64,000 nucleotides of DNA from contig JAFGHI010000021.1 of NCBI GenBank assembly GCA_016930235.1, positions 56,810-120,809 of the forward strand, in the 5' to 3' direction. Shown in pieces: positions 19,470 to 29,003 of this stretch. Made by a program: the position numbers and the translations under genes. Origin of the DNA: Candidatus Omnitrophota bacterium. GTDB lineage: Bacteria; Omnitrophota; Omnitrophia; Omnitrophales; Aquincolibacteriaceae. The notes under the pieces were generated by a model. That model was not told the DNA's origin. It saw nothing but the letters and a program-made list of their open reading frames with translations, and made no database searches. Within the stretch, counting starts at the first letter, position 1. Each line of letters begins with the position of its first letter.

Positions 19470-19699
19470 TAAAGATTTGATTTTTTGAAGGCTACTGATA
19501 GTCTTTCCCTCCCCTAAAAAAAGGCCGAAAATTGGCCATGAAAAATTTTATTTCCCGGCAACGCCTGTTGACGGCAACTTCCCGTCCTTTCTAATCTTAT
19601 CTGAAAGCGAGAAACCGAAACTAACGGTATTGTAGCAAACTCCCATCGATAACCGAAGACCCTTGAAAGATATCAGGATGTGAGCGGTCTAACATATCC

Positions 19700-20428
19700 T
19701 CATGACTCTATCAGCGGCCTTAGGATATTTTCCCAAACTTGGTACCCCGCACCATTAAGATGAATTCCATCTTCCGTATAATGAGCCGGAAGCTGATGCT
19801 CAGGCGTCGTCATCGAAGAATACAAATCGACAAAAAGGACATCATATTTGAGGGCTAACTCGGACAGTGCTTCATTGATATCCCTGATAAGCTGCCGGTC
19901 AATTCTATTTTCATAATTTTGGTAAAACAACGCTTCATTCAACGGCAGTAAGCTATGAATATATATCTCTGTTTCCGGGCCCGATGTCTGGATCGTCCTG
20001 ATAAGCGCCTCATAATTATTTAAAAGTTTCGGCGCGACAACATTCTTTAACATAAAATGATTGAACGAAAAGATCCATTTCTCAAGGATTGAAAAGATAG
20101 CGGGGAAATGCTTCGTTAAAAAGAGTCTGACCCTGCCGGGCATTCTAAGGCTTGAATGCCAGAGGTCATTAATCCCGACCATGATAAATACTTTCTGGAT
20201 GTTTCTTTTTTGTGCAATTCCGGAAACCTGCTTGATGACCCCCCGGCTTTTTTCGCCAATTCTTCCGTAATTTTTCACGGACAGCCCTTCGAAAGAAGCA
20301 TCCCAGTCATGGCTAGCGATAAGACTGTCACCTATCATACAGATAAAAGGCTGCTCATCGAGAGCCCCAAATACTAAAGAGGGCCACAAAATCACCCAAA
20401 GGGATATCCCTATCATTCGTTTCATCAT
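19700..20428 (-). CDS. GDSL/SGNH esterase family protein
   Basis: IGDSL, NYGRIG, MVGINDL, DGIHLNGAGY; signal-like N-terminus from MMKRMIG. Confidence 0.82.
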   Translation of the reverse strand: MMKRMIGISLWVILWPSLVFGALDEQPFICMIGDSLIASHDWDASFEGLSVKNYGRIGEKSRGVIKQVSGIAQKRNIQKVFIMVGINDLWHSSLRMPGRVRLFLTKHFPAIFSILEKWIFSFNHFMLKNVVAPKLLNNYEALIRTIQTSGPETEIYIHSLLPLNEALFYQNYENRIDRQLIRDINEALSELALKYDVLFVDLYSSMTTPEHQLPAHYTEDGIHLNGAGYQVWENILRPLIES

Positions 20429-20530
20429 TTTCGCCCTCAGCAGTGTAGAAATTTTTAATCGGTTATCGAGATCACATCCGGACGGGACCAACTTCCATAG
20501 TGACAAGACCAGTTCCTCACACTTTCGTCC

Positions 20531-21610
20531 CTAAGCAGCTTTGAAACGTCCTTTGAGTTTTAAAAAATGTTTTTCCCAGATATGGTATGAGAGCATCGAT
20601 ACACCGAACGTAAGCACAATATTCATCGGGAACACTCTCCACCACATTGGCATACCTGCAAAGTTACGCGGGACCAAAAAAAACTGCTGCCATATGTACA
20701 AGCTGTAGGACAACCTTCCGACATACATCATGAGCGGATGGTTTAAAAATCTATAGAGCATCGTTTTATCAAAGGTCATCGTGCTAGCAATGATATAGGC
20801 GGAAAGTATGGAAATAATGGATGTGCCAAACGGAACCGTAAAATAACCGAAGCCGCGCCCATGCTTACTGCTCAAATACGTCACAAGCCAAATAATGAAA
20901 AAAGACAAAAACCGCAGGAAACGGCTTTTCAAGAGATGAGAATCCCATAGAGAGAAAGACATGCGACGGCTGATGGCAAGAAGACACCCTATCATTAACG
21001 CATCGGCATATTGAAAAAAGGGAGATAAGGTCAGGACCGCAAATTTCCACTCTGGAGTTTTTGCAACAATAATTCGAGCCATGGGAGCATAACCGATAAT
21101 ATAAAAAGCCGTTCTCACAATGGTCTTAAGCTGGAGCTTGGTAACCCACGGCCAAATAAGATAAAATTGCTCTTCAACCCCCAAGGACCATAAATGTGCC
21201 AAAATCCAGGGCATGGAAGCAACTGCAAAATTCATCGTGTAGGTTAATGCATGCCATAAAAAAAAAGTCTCTAAACCAAAATCAAAGGGTTTGTTGAGAA
21301 ACCACAGTAACCCGATATACAACATACTAACCGGCAGGATTCTCAACGCCCTTCGTACATAAAAGTTCCGGATATGGATTTCCCCCACGGCCGAAAATTT
21401 TTCGTTTAAGAGTAAGGTCGTGATGAGGAACCCGCTGATCACGAAGAATATCGTGACCCCTGTTCTCCCGAAGCAGGATAACCCGGTATGCTGTAAATAT
21501 CGAAACATCCACTGTGGGAATCCCACTGCTAGATGCATGATGAGCACTAAAGAAATAGCAACGGCCCTTAATCCATCCAGCGAAGGAATTTTTTTATCGA
21601 TTGTTGACAT
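20531..21610 (-). CDS. Acyltransferase-3 family membrane O-acyltransferase
   Basis: SLDGLRAVAI, FFVISGFLIT, FYVRRALRILP, HLWSLGVEEQFY, SYSLYIWQ. Confidence 0.92.
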   Translation of the reverse strand: MSTIDKKIPSLDGLRAVAISLVLIMHLAVGFPQWMFRYLQHTGLSCFGRTGVTIFFVISGFLITTLLLNEKFSAVGEIHIRNFYVRRALRILPVSMLYIGLLWFLNKPFDFGLETFFLWHALTYTMNFAVASMPWILAHLWSLGVEEQFYLIWPWVTKLQLKTIVRTAFYIIGYAPMARIIVAKTPEWKFAVLTLSPFFQYADALMIGCLLAISRRMSFSLWDSHLLKSRFLRFLSFFIIWLVTYLSSKHGRGFGYFTVPFGTSIISILSAYIIASTMTFDKTMLYRFLNHPLMMYVGRLSYSLYIWQQFFLVPRNFAGMPMWWRVFPMNIVLTFGVSMLSYHIWEKHFLKLKGRFKAA

Positions 21611-21754
21611 CTTCCCTTTGCTTGCTTGGTTGCCTAGAAAGGCTCCCCACTTCCATAACGGGCAGCATTAAGACAAAGCGATAGTGGCTGGATTCTACCC
21701 GAGCCCCAATCATGAATTCAAGCGCTGATTGCATACTAAAAAAATCGATGGTTT

Positions 21755-21867
21755 AAAAAAACAAAGGCCACAACCAAATGAATCGAAGTGACTTTTCTTT
21801 TGAATGGGCTCCCCGTATTGCTTGCCCGCCAGTGTTTTGTGGCGGGGACGACTTTCGCAACTGGCTG
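21755..21867 (-). repeat. Junction repeat copy 1 (hairpin + tRNA-end-like + conserved core), interrupted by a 26-nt palindrome
   Basis: CTCCCCGTATTG[26 nt]GACGACTTTCGCAACTGGCT versus CTCCCCGTCTTGGACGACTTTCGCAACTGGCT at 26330. Confidence 0.85.
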
Positions 21868-21910
21868 ATAAATCAACCTGTCCCTTTTGCGTCCGGTATC
21901 GTTCTATGAT

Positions 21911-22834
21911 TTAGCTTATTCTCATGGCCATTACGCTGCCAGGCTTTGATTTTGAGATCACCTCAAATAGGTCTGGCCTTTCACGCGCAGAATATACATA
22001 CTTATTGGCCCACCCCACGATCAAATCGTTAATCTTAGCCATAGTGGACGGCGCTGCCTCTGCATATGGATACTTAGTTGGGCCAAAAGAAAGATTTAAT
22101 GCGGTCGACGCGTCTAATGGGAAATATATCTCTGTCGTTGGAATGGCCAACCCATGACCGCTATAAAAATTCTTTGGATCATGCACCATATTGTAAAAAA
22201 TAAAGGGATTATCTGACGTCACAAACTCATGCTCTTTAGAGGCACAAATAAATCTCATATTTCGTTGTGCAAGAAGTGGCGCGAGTTTCATCGTTGAGAC
22301 AATAAATGGCAAGGTGCTTTCTTCGGTCACGCCGATCCTTTCAATGTTTTCAGCCATTTGCCGACGAAATATCTCTGGATTGCCAAGGCTCTCACCAGTA
22401 TCTTTTTCATAACGTTTAACCATATCATAAAATGCCTGCTTATTAGTCACTTGCATATCTATCAGTAGCTGGATGGATTTTTCCATCATGGCTCCCATAT
22501 CACCCCTAAACTGAGGGACGCGAGAATGCATAAGACAAACAAATACGACCAAGGCTTCTTGGTATTCTGTTGATAAATCCTCTCGGTTGGCGATTGCTTT
22601 GAATGCTGCCGCAGCATTTCCTTCCACTTTACATAAGAACTTTTCTATAGTTTCAGTGTCTTTCTCGCCAGTTTCAGTGGTAAACGAATGGAAGTGATTT
22701 TGGTGGCCAGCATCTTTGACATTCGAGCAAAAAGATTTCGTCGATCCCTTTTCATAAACCATCAAAGAATCGCTTCCAGACTTGCAAAAACCTTTCAGAT
22801 AAAATTGAGGGATATAGTGATGTTTCTTGCTCAT
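21911..22834 (-). CDS. DUF4238 domain protein
   Basis: N-terminal KHHYIPQFYLKGF, FVTSDNP, YFPL motifs characteristic of the family. Confidence 0.8.
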   Translation of the reverse strand: MSKKHHYIPQFYLKGFCKSGSDSLMVYEKGSTKSFCSNVKDAGHQNHFHSFTTETGEKDTETIEKFLCKVEGNAAAAFKAIANREDLSTEYQEALVVFVCLMHSRVPQFRGDMGAMMEKSIQLLIDMQVTNKQAFYDMVKRYEKDTGESLGNPEIFRRQMAENIERIGVTEESTLPFIVSTMKLAPLLAQRNMRFICASKEHEFVTSDNPFIFYNMVHDPKNFYSGHGLAIPTTEIYFPLDASTALNLSFGPTKYPYAEAAPSTMAKINDLIVGWANKYVYSARERPDLFEVISKSKPGSVMAMRIS

Positions 22835-22888
22835 CTTGGTTTTTCACCAATTATTAAATTGAATGGCACCTGGTACAACAAGGCCACG

Positions 22889-22972
22889 TTAAATAAAAAA
22901 GACGCTGCAGGATTATACACTCGCAACGCCTTTTGTAAAAACTCCGCTTCTGGTCGACTTTCGCAACTGGTT
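22889..22972 (-). repeat. Junction repeat copy 2 (hairpin with embedded promoter + core)
   Basis: TTAAATAAAAAAGACGCTGCAGGATTATACACTCGCAACGCCTTTTGTAAAAACTCCGCTTCTGGTCGACTTTCGCAACTGG. Confidence 0.85.
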
Positions 22973-23014
22973 ACGGGAAGATCAAACCTCTTTTTCGAAA
23001 ATAAGGATGTTTTG

Positions 23015-23503
23015 TTAGGAGGGGTGTTCGGGCTGCTGCTCTCTGCGATAGCCTGGGCTAACAATAACGAGCCAGTAGGCGAATCCCATTGCAAACACAA
23101 TAGCCGCTATTCCAAATAAATACTGCGGCTCCAAATCTTTAACGTCCAATATTATCACTTTCCGGGCAATGGCCATCAGGGCTGTGGCTAAAACAATCTT
23201 GACGTGGATGACGTCTTCCCGGAGATAAATCGTAATGTTGACGAATATTTCAATAGCGATCAAAACAGCCATGAAGGCACCGAACGTTGAAAGCATGTCG
23301 GCTATAGTCAGCAGCATAGGAGGTTCTTGTTTCAACTTACCAATTATGACCCACACAATATCTAGAACTCCCATAAATATGACGAAAGTCATCAACAAAG
23401 CCATAACACGGACACAAAACCGTATAAGCACCTTCAGTTTATCCGTGAATTTATCGGCGTGAGCTGTGGTCTTATTGGCATCGGTATATAACTTATCTGC
23501 CAT
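23015..23503 (-). CDS. PsiE family membrane protein
   Basis: VLIAIEIF, ALMAIARKVIILD; four TM segments. Confidence 0.85.
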   Translation of the reverse strand: MADKLYTDANKTTAHADKFTDKLKVLIRFCVRVMALLMTFVIFMGVLDIVWVIIGKLKQEPPMLLTIADMLSTFGAFMAVLIAIEIFVNITIYLREDVIHVKIVLATALMAIARKVIILDVKDLEPQYLFGIAAIVFAMGFAYWLVIVSPGYRREQQPEHPS

Positions 23504-23507
23504 AAAA

Positions 23508-26201
23508 TCAGGCCTTCTTTCTGTTCGTCCTTAGATTGTAACGAATTTTCTTTTCGATTCCAACCACAGAAAAAACAACCAATCCAACCGCAATACATTT
23601 CAGCCAACCTGCCAAACCCATGGGATGACTGTGGAAAAGAGCATTCATCGGCCGCAAATAGGTAAAAAGCACATGAAAGAGGATCATCAAACCCGAGCCA
23701 ATCCATACCCAGGGATTGGAAAAATAACCAACCGCACGCATCGAAAGGTCAAAAGACCTGCAGTTGAACAGATAAAACATCTGCCCGAATGTAAAGACCC
23801 CCACAGAGACGGTTCTCGCTTCTTGGAGATTCGCTCCCATCAGCAACGCTAACTCATAAATCCCGAAAGCTCCGGCAAGCAGTAGAAACCCGACAACGAA
23901 TAACCGGAAAATGAGCACCCCATTTAGAAAGGATTCATCCGGCCGGCGCGGCATGCGGTTCATGAGTCCGGGCTCCTTATTTTCGAAAGCAAGAGGCAGC
24001 CCCAAGAATAAAGCGGTCGTCATGTTGATCCATAAAATCTGGACCGGCAGGATCGGAAGCGGCACATTGGCAATAATCGCAGCCAGGATAACCAGCCCTT
24101 GCCCTAGGTTGGTCGGCAAAATCCACGAAATAAATTTTATCAGGTTGTCAAAAACCCCGCGCCCCTCTTCGATTGCTTTTTCGATCGTTGAGAAATTATC
24201 GTCGGTTAGAATCATATCGGCAGCCTCCTTGGCCACTTCGGTACCGGTAATACCCATGGCAATGCCGATGTCCGCTTTTTTCAGCGCGGGCGCATCATTG
24301 ACCCCATCGCCGGTCATAGCCACAACATGCTTTCTCGCTTGAAGCGCCTCAACAATCCGCAGCTTTTGCTCGGGTGTGACACGCGCAAAAACGGATATCT
24401 CTTCAACGTTATTAATTAATTCCTGATCGCTCATTTTTTCCAAATCGGCTCCCGATATAGCCCTGAGGGGCACGGAAGATCCCGAGAGACCGAGCTGTTC
24501 AGCAATGGCTTGCGCCGTAATCGCATGATCACCCGTAATCATCTTGACCATGATGCCGGCATGATGACATACCTTGACAGCATCGATCGCTTCCTTGCGA
24601 GGAGGATCAATCATGCCCTGAAGACCGAGAAACTGAAGCCCTTGCTCAATCGCACCATGGCTGAGTTCCGCTTGACTGCCAGAGAGTTCCTTCCTGGCAA
24701 AGGCCAACACTCGGAGACCTTTCTGAGCCATCCGATTCTGAGCAGACAAGATCTGCTCCCTCCTTTTGGAATCCAGTTTGGATCTTTCAAGCAGCTTTTC
24801 CACCGCACCCTTGACATAGATTGTTTGTTTGCCTGACTTTTTTTCTTCAACCAATACCGCCATATATTGATGCTGTGATTCGAAAGGAATGGTATGAAGG
24901 CGCGGTCGGCTTGCGTTCACCTGCTCTTCCGATAACCCTGCTTTTCGGGCAGCGGCAATCAGTGCAACTTCCGTAGGGTCTCCCTGAGCTTTCCATTGAC
25001 CGTCTTCAGACAAAAGACGGCTGTCATTGCATAGCAAACCGCAAAGAAAGATTTCCTGCAAGTTGGGGTGACCCGAAACTTCCATCTTCTTGTCCGCCGA
25101 CCGGGCTTCACCTTCGGGGTTATAGCCGGTCCCCGTAAGAGCAATGCTTTCATTCTGAGAATACACTTCAGTGACGGTCATTTGATTTTCAGTTAGAGTT
25201 CCCGTTTTGTCAGAGCAAACGACCGTTGTACTGCCGAGCGTCTCAACAGCCGGAAGTTTTCGAATGAGACTTCCGCGTTTAGCCATCCGGTGGACGCCGA
25301 TTGCGAGAGTGATCGTAACAACGGCAGGCAGCCCTTCCGGAATTGCAGCAACCGCCAAAGCAACCGCAGCCACAAAGGTTTCCACCAGCTCCTGTTTTCT
25401 TAGAAGTCCTATGATAAAAGTGGCGACCGTAAGCCCCATAATCCAATAAAGAAGGAGATGACTGAATTGGGCAATTTTTCGTGTCAAAGGGGTCTGAAGT
25501 TCTTCGGTCGTAGCCAAGAGTTCTGAAATACGCCCGACTTCGGTCTTCTCGGCCGTAGCTACAACAATGCCTTTGGCTTGACCGTAGGTCACAAGCGAGG
25601 ACGCAAAAGCCATATTTGTACGGTTTGCTAAAAGGGTATTGTCGGGTAATTCTTCAGGATTCTTTTGAACCGGCAACGATTCGCCCGTCAAGGAGGCTTC
25701 GTCGGTCTGGAGATTATTGATTTCAATAAGTCTAAGGTCTGCGGGAACTTTATCGCCTGACTGAAGTAAAACCACATCTCCCGGGACAATTTCGTCCGAA
25801 GGCACTGAGATCTTTTGGCCAGCCCGGACAACGGTTGCCTGTGTTGTAACGGTCTTGGCAAGGGCTTCAATAGCCTGGACCGCTTTGGCTTCTTGCACAA
25901 AACCAATGATTGCGTTCACCAAGACAACGATAAAGATAACTGCCGCATCCACCGCGGCTTTAAAAATAGCCGTTACCGCTGCAGCTCCCAAAAGAATGTA
26001 AATGAGCGGTTGATGGAATTGTAATAGGAAGCGAACTAAGGGGCTTTTCCCTTTTTTGCCTTTCAGAACGTTGGGGCCGAAATGTTCTTGCCGGTTTTGA
26101 ATTTCGAAAAGGTCCAGTCCCTTTTCGCGGTCAGTTCCGAGCACATGGAGCACTTCTTCCTGCGGCATGTGATGCCAGTGCTTTCCGAAGATGGTATACA
26201 T
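23508..26201 (-). CDS. Cation-transporting P-type ATPase (P2A, Ca2+-like)
   Basis: [40 protein letters not shown]. Confidence 0.95.
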   Translation of the reverse strand: MYTIFGKHWHHMPQEEVLHVLGTDREKGLDLFEIQNRQEHFGPNVLKGKKGKSPLVRFLLQFHQPLIYILLGAAAVTAIFKAAVDAAVIFIVVLVNAIIGFVQEAKAVQAIEALAKTVTTQATVVRAGQKISVPSDEIVPGDVVLLQSGDKVPADLRLIEINNLQTDEASLTGESLPVQKNPEELPDNTLLANRTNMAFASSLVTYGQAKGIVVATAEKTEVGRISELLATTEELQTPLTRKIAQFSHLLLYWIMGLTVATFIIGLLRKQELVETFVAAVALAVAAIPEGLPAVVTITLAIGVHRMAKRGSLIRKLPAVETLGSTTVVCSDKTGTLTENQMTVTEVYSQNESIALTGTGYNPEGEARSADKKMEVSGHPNLQEIFLCGLLCNDSRLLSEDGQWKAQGDPTEVALIAAARKAGLSEEQVNASRPRLHTIPFESQHQYMAVLVEEKKSGKQTIYVKGAVEKLLERSKLDSKRREQILSAQNRMAQKGLRVLAFARKELSGSQAELSHGAIEQGLQFLGLQGMIDPPRKEAIDAVKVCHHAGIMVKMITGDHAITAQAIAEQLGLSGSSVPLRAISGADLEKMSDQELINNVEEISVFARVTPEQKLRIVEALQARKHVVAMTGDGVNDAPALKKADIGIAMGITGTEVAKEAADMILTDDNFSTIEKAIEEGRGVFDNLIKFISWILPTNLGQGLVILAAIIANVPLPILPVQILWINMTTALFLGLPLAFENKEPGLMNRMPRRPDESFLNGVLIFRLFVVGFLLLAGAFGIYELALLMGANLQEARTVSVGVFTFGQMFYLFNCRSFDLSMRAVGYFSNPWVWIGSGLMILFHVLFTYLRPMNALFHSHPMGLAGWLKCIAVGLVVFSVVGIEKKIRYNLRTNRKKA

Positions 26202-26253
26202 AAATCAGGAGGCCTTTTATCTTATGTCCAATTATATGAAAATACCAGCAAAG

Positions 26254-26362
26254 TTAAATAAAAAGGCGTTACAGCACCTTCGAACTCATCGTTCGCTGTA
26301 ACTGCAACGCCTGTATTATATTATAAAGACTCCCCGTCTTGGACGACTTTCGCAACTGGCTT
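26254..26362 (-). repeat. Junction repeat copy 3 (hairpin + tRNA-end-like + core)
   Basis: TTAAATAAAAAGGCGTTACAG...CTGCAACGCCT hairpin followed by GACTCCCCGTCTTGGACGACTTTCGCAACTGGCTT. Confidence 0.85.
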
Positions 26363-26504
26363 ATGTCTTCTGGAAAGGTGGGAATTCTCAAGCCCCTGAT
26401 AACGAAATTGTCGCTTATTTTGACTTAAGCTGCCGCTTTTTGATGCACAGTTATTGCTTATGTTGTGTCTCGAATTGACCTCAGCGGCTGGAAAGAGGCC
26501 TTCT

Positions 26505-27404
26505 TTAAACTACGGGTATCTTATCCAGAGCAAGGAAAATTCCGTGAAGAATGGCTTGTGGCCTCGGGGGGCAACCAGGCATGTAAACATCTACGGGAAC
26601 GGAACGGTCCACGCCTCCGACAACCGCATAATTCCCCTCAAAGATCCCGCCACTGATAGCACAAGTTCCGCAGGCCACAACTAGTTTGGGAGAGGGTATT
26701 GCAGCATAAGTCTTCACAAGCGCGAGTTCCATCTGGCGCGTTACGGGCCCCGTTACAAGGAGCATATCCGCATGCCTTGGGGAAGCCACAAAATGGATCC
26801 CGAACCGTTCGGCGTCATAAACTGGGTTCGAGAGATTCACGATCTCCACTTCACAACCATTGCAGGAACCCGCGTCGACTTCGCGGATATGAAGGGATCG
26901 GCCGAAGAGACCGTGTATTTTATCCTTTAATTTCAAACCTGTTTCTTCCATCGAAAGCCGGCTCGAAAAATCACCCTGCTCAAAACTTTGAACATCGTCC
27001 GCTTGGTCTTTAGCTGGCAAAGCATTGCTTGAAATAAAAGCAGTGTCTTTCCGGCAATCAGACAAAGAAAAAGATGACTGCAAGTGCAATTCTTTTTTCG
27101 TTCTGACGGCAAGATTGAATTTGCCTTTAAAAGAGATCGCTTGATGGGAGCAAACCGGCCCGCAGAGACCGCAAAAGATGCAGTCCCCGTAAGAAAGATG
27201 ACAAAAACGCTTGTCCTCGGCCGAGCGGTCCACCATCGTCAATGCCTTGGTCGGACAGGCGATGACGCACTTTCCGCACCCTGTGCATTTCGCAGGATCG
27301 ACCTCAGGCGCGCCGAGAAATCCTTCCGGAGCTTTCGCCGTAAGTGCCGTGCGCGGGAGGGTGACTTTTCCCGTTTCCATATTTTTTTTGAGGATCCTAA
27401 ACAT
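26505..27404 (-). CDS. Fused 2x[4Fe-4S] ferredoxin (HyfH/NuoI-like) and NuoB-like small subunit (HyfI) of an Ehr complex
   Basis: CTGCGKCVIACP, CIFCGLCGPVCS, then GSCNGCE, SPRHAD, ACGTCA, PGCPP. Confidence 0.88.
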   Translation of the reverse strand: MFRILKKNMETGKVTLPRTALTAKAPEGFLGAPEVDPAKCTGCGKCVIACPTKALTMVDRSAEDKRFCHLSYGDCIFCGLCGPVCSHQAISFKGKFNLAVRTKKELHLQSSFSLSDCRKDTAFISSNALPAKDQADDVQSFEQGDFSSRLSMEETGLKLKDKIHGLFGRSLHIREVDAGSCNGCEVEIVNLSNPVYDAERFGIHFVASPRHADMLLVTGPVTRQMELALVKTYAAIPSPKLVVACGTCAISGGIFEGNYAVVGGVDRSVPVDVYMPGCPPRPQAILHGIFLALDKIPVV

Positions 27405-27425
27405 CCAAAACCCCTTTTTGTTGTT

Positions 27426-29003
27426 TTACCGGTCGTTCCCAGAATAAGACAAATTCATGCTTTTATTAATAAGCGGAAAATCGGGAACGATATTCTCCAG
27501 CACGGCATACTCGATCAACGGCCAATTGCTAAATGATGGCGATTGGATCTTCCAGCGGGAGATCATCCCACTTTTATCCGTAACGATCCAGTGAAAACAT
27601 TCACCCCTCGGAGATTCTACATAGCCCAACGCGCTTTGAGACGGCGCGAGCAACTTTACCGCACCACACAAGGAGCCCTGCGGCATGGCCTGAAGGGCAT
27701 CGTGGATCAATTTGAAGGATTCATAGACCTCCTGGACTTTCACCTTCATGCGACTTTCGACGTCACCCTCTATAAAAACCGGAACCCTGAAAAAGAGATC
27801 CTTATACGCCGCATAAGGATGGTCCCGCCGGAGATCGCGGTCAATGCCGGAGGCCCGCGCTACCGGCCCGACGCCGCCCAAGACCTCCGCCACTTCCTTC
27901 ATAATCGTGCCGGTTGTTTTAACACGATCCATCAGAGAATCGACCTGCCAGAGGAGCTGAATCGTCTTGTCAAAATCGTCTTTGATCTTTTTGATCTCTT
28001 GAATAAGCCACTCCTTCTTGACCTCGGAGATGTCTGGACGAACACCGCCTAAAGTAACCACTGACCGCAAGAGACGTGTCCCGGCCAATTCCTCGTTTAG
28101 ACTCAGAAGAGTTTCCTTGACCCGCATCAGCTGGCTCGCTCCAAAACTAAACGCGACATCCAGAGCGATTCCCGCGATGTCGCTCATGTGATTATGAAGA
28201 CGCTCCATCTCCAGGAAAACAACCCGGAGGAATTGGGCGCGAGACGGAACCTCGATCTGTCCCAGGCTCTCAAGCGCCTGGGTGCAAGCCACCGCATGAG
28301 CTAAAGAGTTATCTCCCGAAATCCTTTCGGCAAGGCAAAGAAGATGTTCCGGAGTTTTTCCTTCACCTGATTTTTCGGTTCCCTTATGCGTGTAAAAATG
28401 ACGTATCTCGAGCTTGAGAATACCTTCTCCCGCCACAGAAAACCGGAAGTGCCCGGGCTCAATGATCCCTGCATGGACAGGACCCACAGGGATCTCAAAG
28501 ATCCCTTCTCCTTCAACGCGCTCAAAAGCATACAGAGCCGCGGTCCTGGGGATCTTCTGATGGGGTCCAAAATCTTTTCTCAGCGGAAAAAAACCCTGCG
28601 GCCAGTCTTCATGAAAAACAAGACGCCTGGGATCCGGATGTCCCACTGCAACCAGTCCCAAAAGATCCTGGACCTCCCTCTCATGCCAGTTAACCTGCGG
28701 TAAAAAAGGAGCCAGAGACGGAAACTGAGGATCTTTCTCTTCGACCCTTGTTTGAACGATCCAAAACTGGTCCTGGTGGACATAGGAAAAAACGTAATGG
28801 AGAGTAAAAGACTTGTTCTCTTTTCGCGTATCGGAGCCGGAAAGAAAAAGGAACCGCATCCCAAAAACCTCGATAAGGCATTCCGCGATTCTCAGGATGG
28901 AATCTTTTGCCGCGAAAACACGCCACTCTTTCGCCGTTCCTTCTGAGACCTCCAGGATCGCACTCCCGAGTTTTTCTTTTAGTTTCTGGAACACCGGCTT
29001 CAT
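27426..29003 (-). CDS. HyfG/HycE-like (NuoC+NuoD) large subunit lacking NiFe ligands (Ehr type)
   Basis: WHEREVQDLLG, GHPDPRRL, GPVHAGIIEPGHFRF; ERISGD and NLSYSGND replace both CxxC motifs; start set at MKPVF (ATGA overlap). Confidence 0.88.
   Translation of the reverse strand: MKPVFQKLKEKLGSAILEVSEGTAKEWRVFAAKDSILRIAECLIEVFGMRFLFLSGSDTRKENKSFTLHYVFSYVHQDQFWIVQTRVEEKDPQFPSLAPFLPQVNWHEREVQDLLGLVAVGHPDPRRLVFHEDWPQGFFPLRKDFGPHQKIPRTAALYAFERVEGEGIFEIPVGPVHAGIIEPGHFRFSVAGEGILKLEIRHFYTHKGTEKSGEGKTPEHLLCLAERISGDNSLAHAVACTQALESLGQIEVPSRAQFLRVVFLEMERLHNHMSDIAGIALDVAFSFGASQLMRVKETLLSLNEELAGTRLLRSVVTLGGVRPDISEVKKEWLIQEIKKIKDDFDKTIQLLWQVDSLMDRVKTTGTIMKEVAEVLGGVGPVARASGIDRDLRRDHPYAAYKDLFFRVPVFIEGDVESRMKVKVQEVYESFKLIHDALQAMPQGSLCGAVKLLAPSQSALGYVESPRGECFHWIVTDKSGMISRWKIQSPSFSNWPLIEYAVLENIVPDFPLINKSMNLSYSGNDR

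Noticed and set aside
19470-19699. Possible riboswitch in the 230-nt intergenic gap
   Set aside because: Only short hairpins; no aptamer consensus that I could recognise
26454-26684. + strand ORF next to junction 3 as an integrase remnant
   Set aside because: No recombinase motifs; it is an antisense shadow of the Ehr small subunit gene
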